Source: Spirochaetia bacterium
GTDB taxonomy: Bacteria > Spirochaetota > Spirochaetia > CADAEX01
Assembly: GCA_963662795.1 (NCBI GenBank)
Contig: OY759746.1
Location: 3,488,001 to 3,552,000 of the forward strand
Length of the DNA: 64,000 nt
Direction: 5' to 3'
Part shown: positions 1 to 10,892 of the stretch, in pieces
How positions within the stretch are numbered: position 1 is the first letter of the stretch
Layout of the letters: every line of letters starts with the position of its first letter
Notes under the pieces: model-generated
Databases searched by the model: none
What the model was told of the DNA's origin: nothing
The model's input: the letters and a program-made list of their open reading frames with translations, nothing else
Program-made: the position numbers and the translations under genes

Positions 1-518
1 TCAGTGGAAGTGCTTATGGAGAGATTTTTTCCGGTAAGAATAAATTTATTCAGCTTTGAATGATTATCTGATGTGTTGTCTTCCGCTGATGTTCCATAAC
101 CTGTAAGCCTGGCGGCAAAATTGATAAAATCCCGATCAGAATTTGTATCAATGTTAATTGATGAGTTTTCCATATATATCATATGAAGGGGATTATGAAT
201 TTTAAAGATTACTTTAATTATATTAAATGTTATCCTTAGTTTATCAACTTTCAGAATACATTTCCCGCCTGCATCTGTAATAAAAAGCTTTCTGATTTCA
301 ATAAACTGAAATACAGATGGAGAAATACTTTCATAGGTAATTGTCCTGCTGATTTCTTTTTCCATCCCTGTTATTATTTTTTCTTTGAATCTGCCGATGC
401 TTTTTTCAAGATAGCTGTCAAGAAAAAAAGCAGCAATAAATAGTGTGCAAAGAGAAAGAGTCAATGTCAGTGGAATGCGGTAGCGTTTCAAGGCTTTTTT
501 CTGCAGAATATTCTCCAT
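1..518 (-). CDS. 5' part of a large membrane-anchored protein, probably TamB/AsmA-like; runs off the window
   Basis: Manual translation from ATG at 518: MENILQKKALKRYRIPLTLTLSLCTLFIAAFFLDSYLEKSIGRFKEKIITGMEKEISRTITYESISPSVFQFIEIRKL... It has one N-terminal TM helix, and the 'I.YESISPS' segment resembles spirochaete TamB N-termini as I recall them. Not in the ORF track because it is truncated. Confidence 0.55.
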   Translation of the reverse strand, partial: MENILQKKALKRYRIPLTLTLSLCTLFIAAFFLDSYLEKSIGRFKEKIITGMEKEISRTITYESISPSVFQFIEIRKLFITDAGGKCILKVDKLRITFNIIKVIFKIHNPLHMIYMENSSINIDTNSDRDFINFAARLTGYGTSAEDNTSDNHSKLNKFILTGKNLSISTST

Positions 519-655
519 TGGTCAGTATTCAGGATATAATTATTTAAAAACATTCGCAATTATATATCATGAAAACATTAAAAATTATAATATATTACAT
601 ATTTCGGTATATTATTTATTAAAACTGCAGCAACCCTGAACAATATGGAGCAAAA

Positions 656-1261
656 ATGAATTCAACAAATATATTGAAGAATTTTATTGTACTTGAAGGA
701 CTGGACGGGTCTGGAACAACGACACAGCTGAAAATGATTTCCGAAAGGTTCCGGAAGAATGGGATGAAGTGTTTTCCCACAATGGAGCCGACTGAAAGCA
801 GCATCGGAAAACTGATAAGGGATGCATTAAGGAAAAATATCAGCATTGACGGTAAAACGATGGCGCTTCTTTTTGCGTCTGACAGGAATGAGCACCTTTA
901 CGGCAGGGACGGGATTATCCAGTTTATTGATAATGGATACACCGCTGTTTCAGACAGATATCTTTTTTCATCCATAGCCTATCAGTCACTTTCCTGCGGA
1001 TTTGAATGGGTTTTGGGCCTGAATGATTTTCCCCTGCCCGAATATCTTTTTTTCATTGATCTGCCTCCTGAAATATGTCAAAAAAGAATGAAGAACCGGG
1101 ACAACCGGGAATTGTTCGATGAGATAGAGATTCAGGAGAAGATTCTGATAAACTATAAAAAAGGTATAGATTACTACGTAGAGAGCGGTATGAAAGTATT
1201 TTATCTTGACGGGAATGAAACTCCTGAAATGATAAATGAAAAAATATGGAATATTATATAA
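656..1261 (+). CDS. tmk: Thymidylate kinase
   Basis: P-loop FIVLEGLDGSGTTT, EP motif, LLFASDR, SDRY..SS.AYQ; GGAG RBS. Confidence 0.95.
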   Translation: MNSTNILKNFIVLEGLDGSGTTTQLKMISERFRKNGMKCFPTMEPTESSIGKLIRDALRKNISIDGKTMALLFASDRNEHLYGRDGIIQFIDNGYTAVSDRYLFSSIAYQSLSCGFEWVLGLNDFPLPEYLFFIDLPPEICQKRMKNRDNRELFDEIEIQEKILINYKKGIDYYVESGMKVFYLDGNETPEMINEKIWNII

Positions 1262-1281
1262 TCCTTACCGATAATTAAACC

Positions 1282-1887
1282 GTGAACAGTATGAAAAAAA
1301 TTATTTTAATAATTATTCTGGCGGCAGTTCCGTCAACTTCTGTTTTCAGCTATAAAATACTTTATGCTGAACAGTTTTATAAATTATATCACAGGCATTT
1401 TTACCAATATCCGGAAGATTATCTGGAAAATATATACTACCTTGAAGAGGCACTTCGTTCAGATTTCGCAAATCCTTTAAACGCACTGGCTATTATAAAA
1501 AACAAATCAGACTGGGAAAGATACCGCAATCTATTTCGCATGCATGTAAGCCTGAAACTGACTGATTTATATCTCGGTCTTGGAAGTAAATATGACAAAA
1601 GAAGCGCTTATTTTTTTAATGCGCCATGGCAGCGGGAGAATGTTGAAAGTCTTAAAATTGCCCGAGAATCATATGAATACGCCCGTGTTTACTGGGAAGA
1701 GGCCCTGAAATGGAACGATAAAATCAAACATTCATGGGTCTGTCTTGAAGAGGTTCAAAACTGGGAAGACGAGTCCTTCAGAATAAGGGAAAAAGAACTT
1801 GATTATAGTTCAATAATAGACAGGCATATCACCCGGCTTGACAAGGTAATGGCTGATTTCTTAAAAATGGACAGCAGTACATACTAA
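1282..1887 (+). CDS. Exported hypothetical protein (signal peptide); start may be ATG 1291
   Basis: MKKIILIIILAAVPSTSVFS signal peptide followed by a helical domain; directly downstream of tmk on the same strand. Confidence 0.7.
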   Translation: MNSMKKIILIIILAAVPSTSVFSYKILYAEQFYKLYHRHFYQYPEDYLENIYYLEEALRSDFANPLNALAIIKNKSDWERYRNLFRMHVSLKLTDLYLGLGSKYDKRSAYFFNAPWQRENVESLKIARESYEYARVYWEEALKWNDKIKHSWVCLEEVQNWEDESFRIREKELDYSSIIDRHITRLDKVMADFLKMDSSTY

Positions 1888-1888
1888 A

Positions 1889-2905
1889 TCAGATTAAAAA
1901 CACAGCATCCCCGTAGGAAAAAAACCTGTACTCCGCATTAACGGCTTCAGAATATATTTTTTTAATCTGATCACTGCCGGCGAATGCTGATACCAGCAGA
2001 ATCAGTGATGAATCCGGTGTGTGGAAGTTGGTAAAAAGATGATCAACCATTTTGAATTTATAACCAGGATAAATAAAAAGCGATGTCGAATTTTGACCAG
2101 AAATCAGTTTGCCGCCTTCGGTTGATGATTCAAGAGCCCTGAGGGAGGTCGTCCCGATTGCAGCAATCCTGCCTCCCGACGCCCTGCATCTGTTTATTTT
2201 TTCTGCGGTATCCGGCGTAATATCATAATATTCTTCATGCATTTTGTGGTCTTCTACAAATTCACTGCGTACGGGATGAAAAGTACCCATTCCGACATGA
2301 AGGGTTATAAAACATATTTCTATCCCTTTATCCCGTATCTTCTGGATAATCTCATCAGTAAAATGAAGACCTGCAGTAGGTGCGGCTGCAGACCCTGTTG
2401 TTTTGGAATAAACAGTTTGATAACGCTCGCTGTCAGAGAGTATATCATCTCTTTTTATGTATGGTGGGAGCGGCATATGACCGTATTTTTCAAGATATTC
2501 ATCATTAACAGGATGAGAAAATTCAATTATTCTTTTTTTATCTTCAGTATCGATGATTTTCCCGGTTATACCGTCAGGAAAACTATACTTTTTGCCTGTT
2601 TTCTGTTTTTTTGTCTTGCTGCAGATAGTACTCCAGGTAGAATCTGATATTTTCAGAAGCAGGAGAAACTCGGTTTTCCCGCCGTTATCAGAAATGCCGA
2701 ATAAACGGGCTTTTCTTACCCGCGTATTGTTAAAAACAATGCATGTGTTTTTATCAAGGTAATCCGGAAAATCCTTTACATTTGTGTGAATTATTTCCGA
2801 GCTTTTTCTTTTGTAAACCAATAACCTGCTGTCTCCCCTTTTTTCAGACGGATATTGGGCAATAAGTTCAGGTGGCAGATCAAAATAAAAATCGCTGGTT
2901 TTCAA
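1889..2905 (-). CDS. queA: S-adenosylmethionine:tRNA ribosyltransferase-isomerase
   Basis: [49 protein letters not shown]. Confidence 0.97.
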   Translation of the reverse strand: MKTSDFYFDLPPELIAQYPSEKRGDSRLLVYKRKSSEIIHTNVKDFPDYLDKNTCIVFNNTRVRKARLFGISDNGGKTEFLLLLKISDSTWSTICSKTKKQKTGKKYSFPDGITGKIIDTEDKKRIIEFSHPVNDEYLEKYGHMPLPPYIKRDDILSDSERYQTVYSKTTGSAAAPTAGLHFTDEIIQKIRDKGIEICFITLHVGMGTFHPVRSEFVEDHKMHEEYYDITPDTAEKINRCRASGGRIAAIGTTSLRALESSTEGGKLISGQNSTSLFIYPGYKFKMVDHLFTNFHTPDSSLILLVSAFAGSDQIKKIYSEAVNAEYRFFSYGDAVFLI

Positions 2906-3905
2906 TACTGCCTTCTTTCATAATTTCAAGATGTTCATAAGCAAGGTCTGTTGCAACTCTTCCCCGGGGTGTTCTTTTTATCATTCCTATCTGAATAAGA
3001 AAAGGTTCATAAAAATCTTCAAGTGTTTCAACTGTTTCTCCAACAGAAATTGCAAGTGTTTCTGCACCGACAGGACCGCCTGAGTATTTATTTATTATTA
3101 CATCAAGTATCTGTCTGTCAAAAGATTCAAGGCCCAGACTGTCAATATTGAGTTTTTTAAGACTGTAGACAACTATCTCTTCAGTTATTGTCCCGTCTCC
3201 TGTAATCTGAGCAAAATCGCGAATTCGCCGTAAAAGACGGTTTGCGACTCGCGGAGTTCCCCTGCAGCAGGTTGACAGAAGTTCAATGGCTTTGTCTGAA
3301 CAGGTAATATCCAGTATCCCCGATGAGCGGCGCAGTATGCTTATAATATCTTTTTTTTCATACAGGTTCATTCTGATATTAATACCGAATCTGCTGAAAA
3401 GGGGACTGGATACGTTTCCGGATTTTGTTGTAGCTCCTACCAGAGTAAATGATGGAAGAGGTATTCTTACTGATCTTGCTGACGGGCCCTGCCCTATAAT
3501 CCAGTCAAGCTCAAAGTCTTCCATCGCTATATAAAGCATTTCTTCTATAGCAGGTTTTAATCTGTGGATCTCATCAATAAAAAAAACAGTATGTTCGTTA
3601 ATCGAAGTAAGAAGTCCTGCCAGATCCTTGGGTTTATCCATGGCAGGTGCTGAAGTGACCTTGAACTCACTTCCCATTTCATTTGCAAGAATAAAGGCAA
3701 GAGTGGTTTTCCCAAGTCCAGGGGGGCCGCTTAGAAAAACATGATCGAGGCTTTCTGATCTTTCTTTCGCCGCGCTTAAAAATATTTTAAGATTATCCTT
3801 TATTTCATGTTGCCCCTGAAAATCATCAAGCCTTAAAGGACGGAGGTTTTTTTCTTTTACATCTTCTTCCGAAAATTCTCCGGACAGCATTTTTGATTTA
3901 TCCAT
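2880..3905 (-). CDS. ruvB: Holliday junction branch migration helicase RuvB
   Basis: [46 protein letters not shown]. Confidence 0.98.
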   Translation of the reverse strand: MDKSKMLSGEFSEEDVKEKNLRPLRLDDFQGQHEIKDNLKIFLSAAKERSESLDHVFLSGPPGLGKTTLAFILANEMGSEFKVTSAPAMDKPKDLAGLLTSINEHTVFFIDEIHRLKPAIEEMLYIAMEDFELDWIIGQGPSARSVRIPLPSFTLVGATTKSGNVSSPLFSRFGINIRMNLYEKKDIISILRRSSGILDITCSDKAIELLSTCCRGTPRVANRLLRRIRDFAQITGDGTITEEIVVYSLKKLNIDSLGLESFDRQILDVIINKYSGGPVGAETLAISVGETVETLEDFYEPFLIQIGMIKRTPRGRVATDLAYEHLEIMKEGSIENQRFLF

Positions 3906-3917
3906 AATTATATTTTA

Positions 3918-4508
3918 TCATGAGCTTAAGGCAATAATTGCTTTTTTCATAATAATTTTTTCCTTTTCACTTATATCCTTTAATGAAGAAACTTCGCTGT
4001 CTTCCGCAATATCAAGTACTGTTTTTGCAGCTTTACGGTAATCAAAACCCATATCAGAGAGAGCTTTTATTATGTCAGCAAAAGGAGATGCCGCATCGCT
4101 GCTTTCCTTTAATAGTTTTCCCCTCATTGCAAGAACTATTTTCTGCGCCGTTTTCTGTCCTATTCCCGGAAGCGCTGACAGTACTGAAAGGTTTTCCGTA
4201 TCAAGGGCAGATATAAAATCATCAGCAGAAATTCCTGACATTATTTTAACTGCCTGTTTGGGTCCTATGCCGCTTATTTTGATAAGTTCAAGAAAAAGCA
4301 GTCTCTCTTTTTTATCTGCAAATCCGAAAATAGAAATATTATCTTCCCTTAAATGGAGATAAGTAAGGACTCTGACGCTATTGCCGGGTGACGGAAGCTG
4401 CATAATTGTTTTAGAAGATGCAGCTATATCCCATTCTATCCCGTTATTTTCCAGAAAAAAACTGCTGTTTCCCTTGTGTGTAATTGTACCTGTTATACTA
4501 TTAAACAT
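3918..4508 (-). CDS. ruvA: Holliday junction branch migration protein RuvA
   Basis: OB-fold start, HhH motifs ISGIGPK and LPGIGQKTAQ; lies between ruvC and ruvB. Confidence 0.95.
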   Translation of the reverse strand: MFNSITGTITHKGNSSFFLENNGIEWDIAASSKTIMQLPSPGNSVRVLTYLHLREDNISIFGFADKKERLLFLELIKISGIGPKQAVKIMSGISADDFISALDTENLSVLSALPGIGQKTAQKIVLAMRGKLLKESSDAASPFADIIKALSDMGFDYRKAAKTVLDIAEDSEVSSLKDISEKEKIIMKKAIIALSS

Positions 4509-4986
4509 TTATAAAACCCCTGTTGTTGCAGTGGCAGATAGCTGCTGCCAGAGCATCTGACGCGTGATCCGGTTCAGGTATTTTCTCCAGTTTCAAAAGC
4601 AGTTTTACAAGAGCCTGAACCTGATTTTTTTCCGCCCTGCCGCTTCCAACGATTGATTGCTTGATTTGAAGCGGTGTATATTCAGCTGCAGATATATTTT
4701 TTTGTGCACAAAGAAGATGAATAACCCCTTTGGCATGAGCAACAGGAATTGCGCTTAATACATTACGCGCAAAAAAAATGGATTCAATACCAGCTTCTGC
4801 AGGTTTATATATATTCAATATTTTTTCAAATTCTTTATATATTGATTCAAGACGTTTTGACAGATCAGCATCAGATGAAGTCTGAACAACTCCATGACAA
4901 ACATGTGTATATCTGCAGTCTGCGTAGTCGACAATACCCCAGCCGGTTTGTGCCAGGCCTGGATCAATACCCAAAACTCTAACCAA
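4501..4986 (-). CDS. ruvC: Crossover junction endodeoxyribonuclease RuvC
   Basis: VLGIDPGLAQTGWG, EYTPLQIKQ, G.GRAEK.QV, DHASDALA. Confidence 0.96.
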   Translation of the reverse strand: MVRVLGIDPGLAQTGWGIVDYADCRYTHVCHGVVQTSSDADLSKRLESIYKEFEKILNIYKPAEAGIESIFFARNVLSAIPVAHAKGVIHLLCAQKNISAAEYTPLQIKQSIVGSGRAEKNQVQALVKLLLKLEKIPEPDHASDALAAAICHCNNRGFINV

Positions 4987-4997
4987 GAAGAAGCCTG

Positions 4998-5741
4998 TTA
5001 TTCGTCAAAATCAAAATCATCAGGAATTTCAAGGTTTGTTGATACAGACTGCACATCATCAAGATCTTCCAGCCTTTCAACCAGTCTTAATGCCTTTGCA
5101 GTTTTATCCTTGTCAAGCGTTACAGTTGAATCCGGAATCATGGAAATTTCTGCCGTATCTTTTTCAAACCCGGCTTCAGCAAGGGCATTGCGTACCTTTT
5201 CAAAATCATCTGGTTCAGTAACTACTTCTACGGTATCTCCCAGAGTGCTTACATCTTCAGCTCCGGACTCAAGCGCAACTTCAATTATATCATCTTCTGA
5301 ATATTTTGATGAATCGAAACCAATTATCCCTTTTCTTTTAAAGAGATATGATACACATCCAGTTTCGCCGAGGTTGCCTCCACCCTTTGTAAGCTGGCTT
5401 CTGACATCTGCAGCTGTACGGTTTTTGTTGTCTGTAAGGGTATCAATGAGGATAGCTACTCCACCCGGTCCGTATCCCTCATATGTCAATTCTACATATG
5501 TAACGCCGTCAAGTTCGCCTATTCCCTTTTTAACTGCCCTGTCAATATTATCTTTGGGCATATTGGCATCTTTTGCTTTGAGTATTGCTGTTCTTAAACG
5601 GGGATTCAGGTTTTCATCTCCTCCTCCCATTTTGGCTGCGACTGTGATTTCTTTTATTATTTTTGTAAATATTTTTCCCCGTTTTGCATCATTTGCACCT
5701 TTTTTATGCTTTATGGAAGCCCATTTGCTGTGGCCGGACAT
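4998..5741 (-). CDS. yebC: YebC/PmpR family protein
   Basis: [31 protein letters not shown]; AGGAG RBS. Confidence 0.96.
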   Translation of the reverse strand: MSGHSKWASIKHKKGANDAKRGKIFTKIIKEITVAAKMGGGDENLNPRLRTAILKAKDANMPKDNIDRAVKKGIGELDGVTYVELTYEGYGPGGVAILIDTLTDNKNRTAADVRSQLTKGGGNLGETGCVSYLFKRKGIIGFDSSKYSEDDIIEVALESGAEDVSTLGDTVEVVTEPDDFEKVRNALAEAGFEKDTAEISMIPDSTVTLDKDKTAKALRLVERLEDLDDVQSVSTNLEIPDDFDFDE

Positions 5742-5787
5742 ATTTTGTCTCCTTGTTAGTAATTATCTCATATAACTTTATATCAGA

Positions 5788-5817
5788 AAAGTATCATAAT
5801 GAAAAATCAGGTGTCAA
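5788..5817 (-). promoter_or_regulatory. Putative sigma70 promoter for yebC-ruvCAB-queA
   Basis: Minus strand TTGACA-N18-TACTTT with an extended TG. Confidence 0.5.
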
Positions 5818-6980
5818 GTAAAGTTGCATTTTACTTTCTCCAAATATCTTAAGATATCAATCATAAATGAATTATGGAAAAACCGCCCGCTGCGGTTGAG
5901 CGCAAGATTTTTATTATCAGAAGATATATAACCTTTGTTTTTCCAGACATTAATTACAGGAAGAAGCAGTTCCCGGATGTTTAAATTGAAATATTCATTG
6001 TTTTTTTCAAGATCAACACCTTCGGATGTGCGAAGCCCCATCATCAGTGTTTCTACCAAGAGATCATATCTGCTTAATTTTTCTGATTTAGTTCCCCATT
6101 GACTGTCAGAACCTTCCAGAAAAATTTCAGGGACGGAAGATGCAGTCAGCCTGATCCCGCATTTGGTTTCATCATAAACAGTTGATACTGCAGACATTCC
6201 ACAGCCCATATATGGCTCCATCCGCCAGTAATTCATGTTGTGGAGAGATTCCTTGCCGGTTCTTGCAAAATTGGATATTTCATAATGATTATAACCGCTA
6301 TCGTATAGATAATCAGCAGCTTCAACCCAGCAGTTTTCGTCCTGGTCTGTGTCTGAATAATTATCAAACAATGGAGTCTTTTTTTCAAGTGTCAGATAGT
6401 AAAGTGAAATATGGTCGGGAATGAATCTTAAAGCTTTTTTTACATCATCTATTGCTTCTGAAACATTTTGTCCTGGAATTGATGAAATTAAATCCAGAGA
6501 AAGAGTTTTATTATCAAGTGCCTTAAGCATTTCCAGAGCTTTGAAATTTGCCTGCGGACTGCAGTTCCGTCCTATTATTTCAAGCATTCTGCCGCTGAAA
6601 GACTGAATGCCAATACTCATACGGGTTACAGGTATTTCGGCAAGCAGGCTGATTAAATCGTCATCTACAGTTTCAGGATTGATTTCTATTGTAAATTCTT
6701 CAGGAATGAAATCACATATTTCAAGAACCTTTTCAATAAAAGTTCCAAGTTCTGCCGTTCTTAATGATGTAGGAGTGCCTCCTCCGATATATAACGTTTT
6801 AAAATTGGATTTGCAGTATTGCTCTTTATAAATTCTGATCTGATTCAGTGTTTCTGATAAAATATTACTTACAATCGAGTCATCAGAAGAAAAAAATGAA
6901 AAAAAATCGCAATATCTGCATTTTTTAACGCAAAAAGGGATATGGATATAGAGGGACCGGGGATATGTCCTAAAAGCCAT
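5814..6980 (-). CDS. hemW: Radical SAM heme chaperone HemW (HemN-like)
   Basis: LYIHIPFCVKKCRYCDF (CxxxCxxC), YIGGGTP, YEISNFA, HN..YW; start taken at ATG 6980. Confidence 0.9.
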   Translation of the reverse strand: MAFRTYPRSLYIHIPFCVKKCRYCDFFSFFSSDDSIVSNILSETLNQIRIYKEQYCKSNFKTLYIGGGTPTSLRTAELGTFIEKVLEICDFIPEEFTIEINPETVDDDLISLLAEIPVTRMSIGIQSFSGRMLEIIGRNCSPQANFKALEMLKALDNKTLSLDLISSIPGQNVSEAIDDVKKALRFIPDHISLYYLTLEKKTPLFDNYSDTDQDENCWVEAADYLYDSGYNHYEISNFARTGKESLHNMNYWRMEPYMGCGMSAVSTVYDETKCGIRLTASSVPEIFLEGSDSQWGTKSEKLSRYDLLVETLMMGLRTSEGVDLEKNNEYFNLNIRELLLPVINVWKNKGYISSDNKNLALNRSGRFFHNSFMIDILRYLEKVKCNFT

Positions 6981-7719
6981 TGATACGTTCAAACGGCCAG
7001 TATCTTAAAACTGCTTTACCTTTTATTAAATCTGCAGAGACAAGTCCGCTGCTGCGGGAATCAGGGAACAACTCCCTGTTGTCGCCGATAATAAAATAGT
7101 AACCGTCTTTGATTGCTGTTTCTTCAGTATCAGAATTAAAAGGATTTTCATCAGAATTCCAGTTTTCAGGTAAAGAAGAAATATTGATATTATATCTGTT
7201 TCCTGTCAATTCAAATTCTGTCAGAAATCTCTCTCCCCCTGAAGGCTTGATTTGAACTACATTGTTTTTAATTTTTACGATATCTCCGGGAAGTCCGATT
7301 ATCCTTTTGACAGAAATATTATCATTATAAGAATGATTTGTTTTTAGATTTTTTTTCTGCAATGTAAAAAAACGGACTACTGCATTTACAGGTTTTAAAT
7401 ACCAGGGATAATTTTTAATAAATTGCTGTCTGTAAATAACTATATCGCCCCGTTTGGGATTACTTAAACCGGGAATTTTGATAAATTTATAAAATAGATA
7501 CTGACTGTAAAGAGGTTTGAAAATTAAAAGACGGTCTTCTTTTTGAATCCCGGGCAGCATTGAGGAAGATTGAACAATGACAGTAGAAATAATGTACACA
7601 GTCATAATTTCATAGAATAACAGCGCAATCAAAAGAAATCTGATTACCTTGAACAGAAAAAAACGTTTAAACGGCCCAGGTCTGTAAAGGCTGTACTGAT
7701 ATTTTTTATTAAATCCCAT
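6970..7719 (-). CDS. lepB: Signal peptidase I
   Basis: TM segment then SSMLP (catalytic Ser), VKRIIGLPGD (Lys), GDNR...DSR. Confidence 0.9.
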   Translation of the reverse strand: MGFNKKYQYSLYRPGPFKRFFLFKVIRFLLIALLFYEIMTVYIISTVIVQSSSMLPGIQKEDRLLIFKPLYSQYLFYKFIKIPGLSNPKRGDIVIYRQQFIKNYPWYLKPVNAVVRFFTLQKKNLKTNHSYNDNISVKRIIGLPGDIVKIKNNVVQIKPSGGERFLTEFELTGNRYNINISSLPENWNSDENPFNSDTEETAIKDGYYFIIGDNRELFPDSRSSGLVSADLIKGKAVLRYWPFERINGF

Positions 7720-7727
7720 ATAAAATC

Positions 7728-8714
7728 CTATTTAATTGAACCGAATCTGCCTGGGGGCCAGTATTTAATCATAGCCTTTCCCAGCACCTTCTTCATCCGT
7801 ACAGGACCGAAATATCTTCCGTCTCTTGAGTTGTCCCGGTTATCGCCCAGCGGAAAAATCCACCCTTCCGGAATATACCATCCTGTTTCATATTTGCGCC
7901 ATATTTTCCTGACGGATAAATTGTGAGGCTGCATTGAATATTCTATTTTTGATCTGTATTCATTAAAAGTAATAGAATCCGCATAAACAGAGTTGATATT
8001 TTTCAACGCTTGTGCATCTTCACTGCTTACATCCAGATTGTGGTAACTATAAACAGACGCCCTGGCAGCTTTTAAATATAAACTATAATCCTCATCAGTA
8101 ATCAGTCTTCTTACAGGTGTTACAGCCCTGTCTATCTGTTTGAACTCAGACTCATCAATCCATGAAGATAATCCTTTCGGTTTAATCTGAAGATTTCCAT
8201 TAATATTTCTTATTCTGTCGTTTCCCACCCCAACAGCTCTTTTTATTAAAAAATGGGCTTTGGGATTGCCGTTTTGGTCTTTATCAATATCTATTAGTGA
8301 AAGAGAAAGCATGTATATTATTCGTTGTGCAATATCAAAGACAGGTCCATTTGATAAATAGGTAGGACTTTCAAAAATAATAACTTCTCCTCTTTTCGGA
8401 GAAAAAAATCCGGGAATTTTCATGATTCCAGGCATAAGTTCAGGGCCGTAGATAATTTTATTTACAAAAATTCTGTCTTTAACCAGCAATGTATTCATCA
8501 TTGAGCCGGACGGTATCTGGTATGCCTGGAAAAGGTATTGATTTATGAGCAGAACAACCATTGCAGCCCACAGGAATGCCTCAACCCAATCAAGAACAGG
8601 ATTTTTATTCTTTTGTTTTTCATATTTCCGGTATTTCCGGATATTACGCCATGTAAGGAACTTCTCAGTAATAAGTTGTATTGCAGTTAAGTATTTATTC
8701 ATATATAAGAACAT
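7728..8714 (-). CDS. lepB: Signal peptidase I (second tandem copy)
   Basis: IPSGSMMNTL, LIKRAVG, LGDNRDNSRDGRYFG. Confidence 0.92.
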   Translation of the reverse strand: MFLYMNKYLTAIQLITEKFLTWRNIRKYRKYEKQKNKNPVLDWVEAFLWAAMVVLLINQYLFQAYQIPSGSMMNTLLVKDRIFVNKIIYGPELMPGIMKIPGFFSPKRGEVIIFESPTYLSNGPVFDIAQRIIYMLSLSLIDIDKDQNGNPKAHFLIKRAVGVGNDRIRNINGNLQIKPKGLSSWIDESEFKQIDRAVTPVRRLITDEDYSLYLKAARASVYSYHNLDVSSEDAQALKNINSVYADSITFNEYRSKIEYSMQPHNLSVRKIWRKYETGWYIPEGWIFPLGDNRDNSRDGRYFGPVRMKKVLGKAMIKYWPPGRFGSIK

Positions 8715-8749
8715 TTTCCCCGTATCAGCGTATCATAGATTTTATTACA

Positions 8750-8779
8750 TTGACAAGTAATAATAGTTCTCCATATAAT
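8750..8779 (+). promoter_or_regulatory. Consensus sigma70 promoter
   Basis: TTGACA (8750-55), N18, TATAAT (8774-79); ends 9 nt before ATG 8789. Confidence 0.7.
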
Positions 8780-8788
8780 TCCCGCAAT

Positions 8789-10342
8789 ATGTTGAAAAAA
8801 AAGAACACAATAAATGCTGAGTATATTGATCTGAAAGTAAAGCTTAAAAGTATCATGGGAATATCTCCAGGAATTTATCTCACAATTATATATGCTGCAT
8901 TCCTTGCACTATTAATATTTTCAATTCTGTTTTTGCCTGGATTGATGAAAAAAGGAACCAGAGTTTATTTTTCAACTTCCCCGGAAGGTGCTGCAGTTTT
9001 GGTTAATAATGAATATGCAGGTTCAACACCGTTTAAAGGATTTTTATCTGCCGGTATGAATGATGTTGTTTTCAAAAAACCCGGCTTTAATGATAATGGT
9101 GAAGTAATAAATGCCAAAGGTTATGTTTTTGCAACTATTTTCAAAAAACCGGAACTTAAAATTGAAAAAAAACTGGATATCTCCGATTACCGCGAATTAT
9201 ATGAATTTGTGCTTGATGACTATCTAAGATGGGCATCAATTGAAGATTTTCATGAATCTTACCAGCCTGAAATGCTGATATCAAAAACCCTCTCCATGCT
9301 TGAAGAGGGAGGAAAAGAAAGCACATTAACCGAGCCCTTTCTTGAAAAATGCTTTAAAAATATAACAAGAGAATATCTTCTGGGTGATTTTATAAGGGGA
9401 TTATATTTATTTACAAACAGCAATAATCCTCTTCTGCCAAACGATGTATTTGAAATGGCAGCATTTGCATCTGATAAATTTTCTCAAAATCCCGATTATT
9501 TTATTCATCTTTTATCAATTGTCACAAAATCCGGTGATGAGAAATTATCAGCTACATTGCATATCGCTGATTTAATAAAAGAAAGCGAAGAAAAAAGAAT
9601 TCTTGCCCTGAAAAATAAAAAACAATATCCCAGCGCTTCTTTGAAAAAAGAATTTGAAAACAGAACTATATTATCAGGAAACTACCGTAAAATACCTTCA
9701 GGAACCTATATTCTCGGAAATCCTGATGATTCTGAAAAAATAATTAAAGATACTGCTCCTTCTCCCCAATTATTGCTTGAATTTAAAGAATATTTTATTT
9801 CAACAGAAAAAATTACAAACAGACAGTATCTGGAGTTTATAAAGGAAAAGCCATTCTGGAGCAAGAAAAACCTGTCGGAACTTACCGAAAAAAATCTTGT
9901 AGATACAAAATATCTTGAACACTGGCCGGAATATCTTCCTCTTGAAAAAGAGATGGAAAAACCTGTTATAAATATTTCCTATTTTGCTGCAGAAGCCTAT
10001 TGCGATTGGCTGACAGAAAAACTGAAGAAGCAGAATTTTAATTATACTGCAGTAATTCCTGATGAATATATGTGGGAAGCCGCATCTTTAACACAGAATG
10101 CTTTATGGGACTGGTGCTCCAACTGGTATAATACGGCAGATTACATCAATCCTGAGCAGTATCTGAACACATTAATAAACACATCAGGTAATCCATATCT
10201 AAGTGGTATTGAAAAATCTGTAAGGGGCGGCAGCGGAATTAATGAACAGGATAAAATTAACCTGTGGACACGCGCTTCCCAGCCCCCATACTGGTGTACC
10301 CCTTTTACAGGGTTCAGGACAGCACTACTGGAGAATAAATGA
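8789..10342 (+). CDS. Membrane-anchored PEGA + FGE-sulfatase (SUMF1)-like domain protein
   Basis: TM helix, PEGA-like 'TSPEGAAVLVNNEYAGSTP', and C-terminal 'ITNRQYLEFI', 'PVINISYFAAEAYCDWL', 'RGGS', 'GFR'. Start moved from 8681 to ATG 8789 because of the promoter position and the overlap with divergent lepB. Confidence 0.8.
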   Translation: MLKKKNTINAEYIDLKVKLKSIMGISPGIYLTIIYAAFLALLIFSILFLPGLMKKGTRVYFSTSPEGAAVLVNNEYAGSTPFKGFLSAGMNDVVFKKPGFNDNGEVINAKGYVFATIFKKPELKIEKKLDISDYRELYEFVLDDYLRWASIEDFHESYQPEMLISKTLSMLEEGGKESTLTEPFLEKCFKNITREYLLGDFIRGLYLFTNSNNPLLPNDVFEMAAFASDKFSQNPDYFIHLLSIVTKSGDEKLSATLHIADLIKESEEKRILALKNKKQYPSASLKKEFENRTILSGNYRKIPSGTYILGNPDDSEKIIKDTAPSPQLLLEFKEYFISTEKITNRQYLEFIKEKPFWSKKNLSELTEKNLVDTKYLEHWPEYLPLEKEMEKPVINISYFAAEAYCDWLTEKLKKQNFNYTAVIPDEYMWEAASLTQNALWDWCSNWYNTADYINPEQYLNTLINTSGNPYLSGIEKSVRGGSGINEQDKINLWTRASQPPYWCTPFTGFRTALLENK

Positions 10343-10800
10343 CAACCGATCAAAAGATAAAGGTTCTTTCTGTCAACAAAAAAGCAAGATTCAACTATAT
10401 GGTTGAGGAATCGCTTGAATGCGGAATTGTACTGAAAGGAACCGAAGTTAAATCTCTGCGGATGAATAAATTCTCCTATTCAGACGCTTATTGTAAAATT
10501 GCGAATGGTGAACTTTGGCTGGCTGGGTTTCATATTTCTCCTTATGACTTTGGGAATATTAACAATCATGATCCTGACAGGGAAAGGAAGCTGCTTGCCA
10601 ATAAAATTGAAATTAAAAAACTATCCAGAAAAGTTGCAGAAAAAGGTTTTACTCTTGTTCCGCTTAAAATATATTTAAAAAATGGTAAAGTAAAACTTGA
10701 AATTGGTATTTGTAAAGGTAAAAAAGTATATGATAAGAGAGAATCCATTAAAGAACGTGATGTAAGAAGAGATACTTCCAGGGAAATGAAAAATACCTGA
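10339..10800 (+). CDS. smpB: SsrA-binding protein SmpB
   Basis: NKKARFNY, GIVLKGTEVKSLR, RERKLL, GKK.YDKR; adjacent to tmRNA. Confidence 0.97.
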   Translation: MTTDQKIKVLSVNKKARFNYMVEESLECGIVLKGTEVKSLRMNKFSYSDAYCKIANGELWLAGFHISPYDFGNINNHDPDRERKLLANKIEIKKLSRKVAEKGFTLVPLKIYLKNGKVKLEIGICKGKKVYDKRESIKERDVRRDTSREMKNT

Positions 10801-10836
10801 AAAAAGCAATTGCCGCCTCTTTATATAACTTTTATA

Positions 10837-10865
10837 TTGATAAAGTTATTTTTATTAGTTACTAT
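10837..10865 (+). promoter_or_regulatory. Putative tmRNA promoter
   Basis: TTGATA-N17-TACTAT upstream of ssrA. Confidence 0.5.
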
Positions 10866-10892
10866 ATATATGGACTCCTTATTTTTAAAATA

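Noticed and set aside
4894-5775. 293-aa plus-strand ORF
   Set aside because: Antisense shadow of yebC with Ser-rich composition and no motif. The same applies to shadows over purH (35775-36422), cfpA (24154-24735), the HD gene (53243-53818), secG/tpiA and uvrA.
6970-8714. Tandem signal peptidase I genes as a novelty
   Set aside because: Tandem lepB near hemW/smpB is a familiar spirochaete arrangement, and both copies keep the Ser/Lys dyad.
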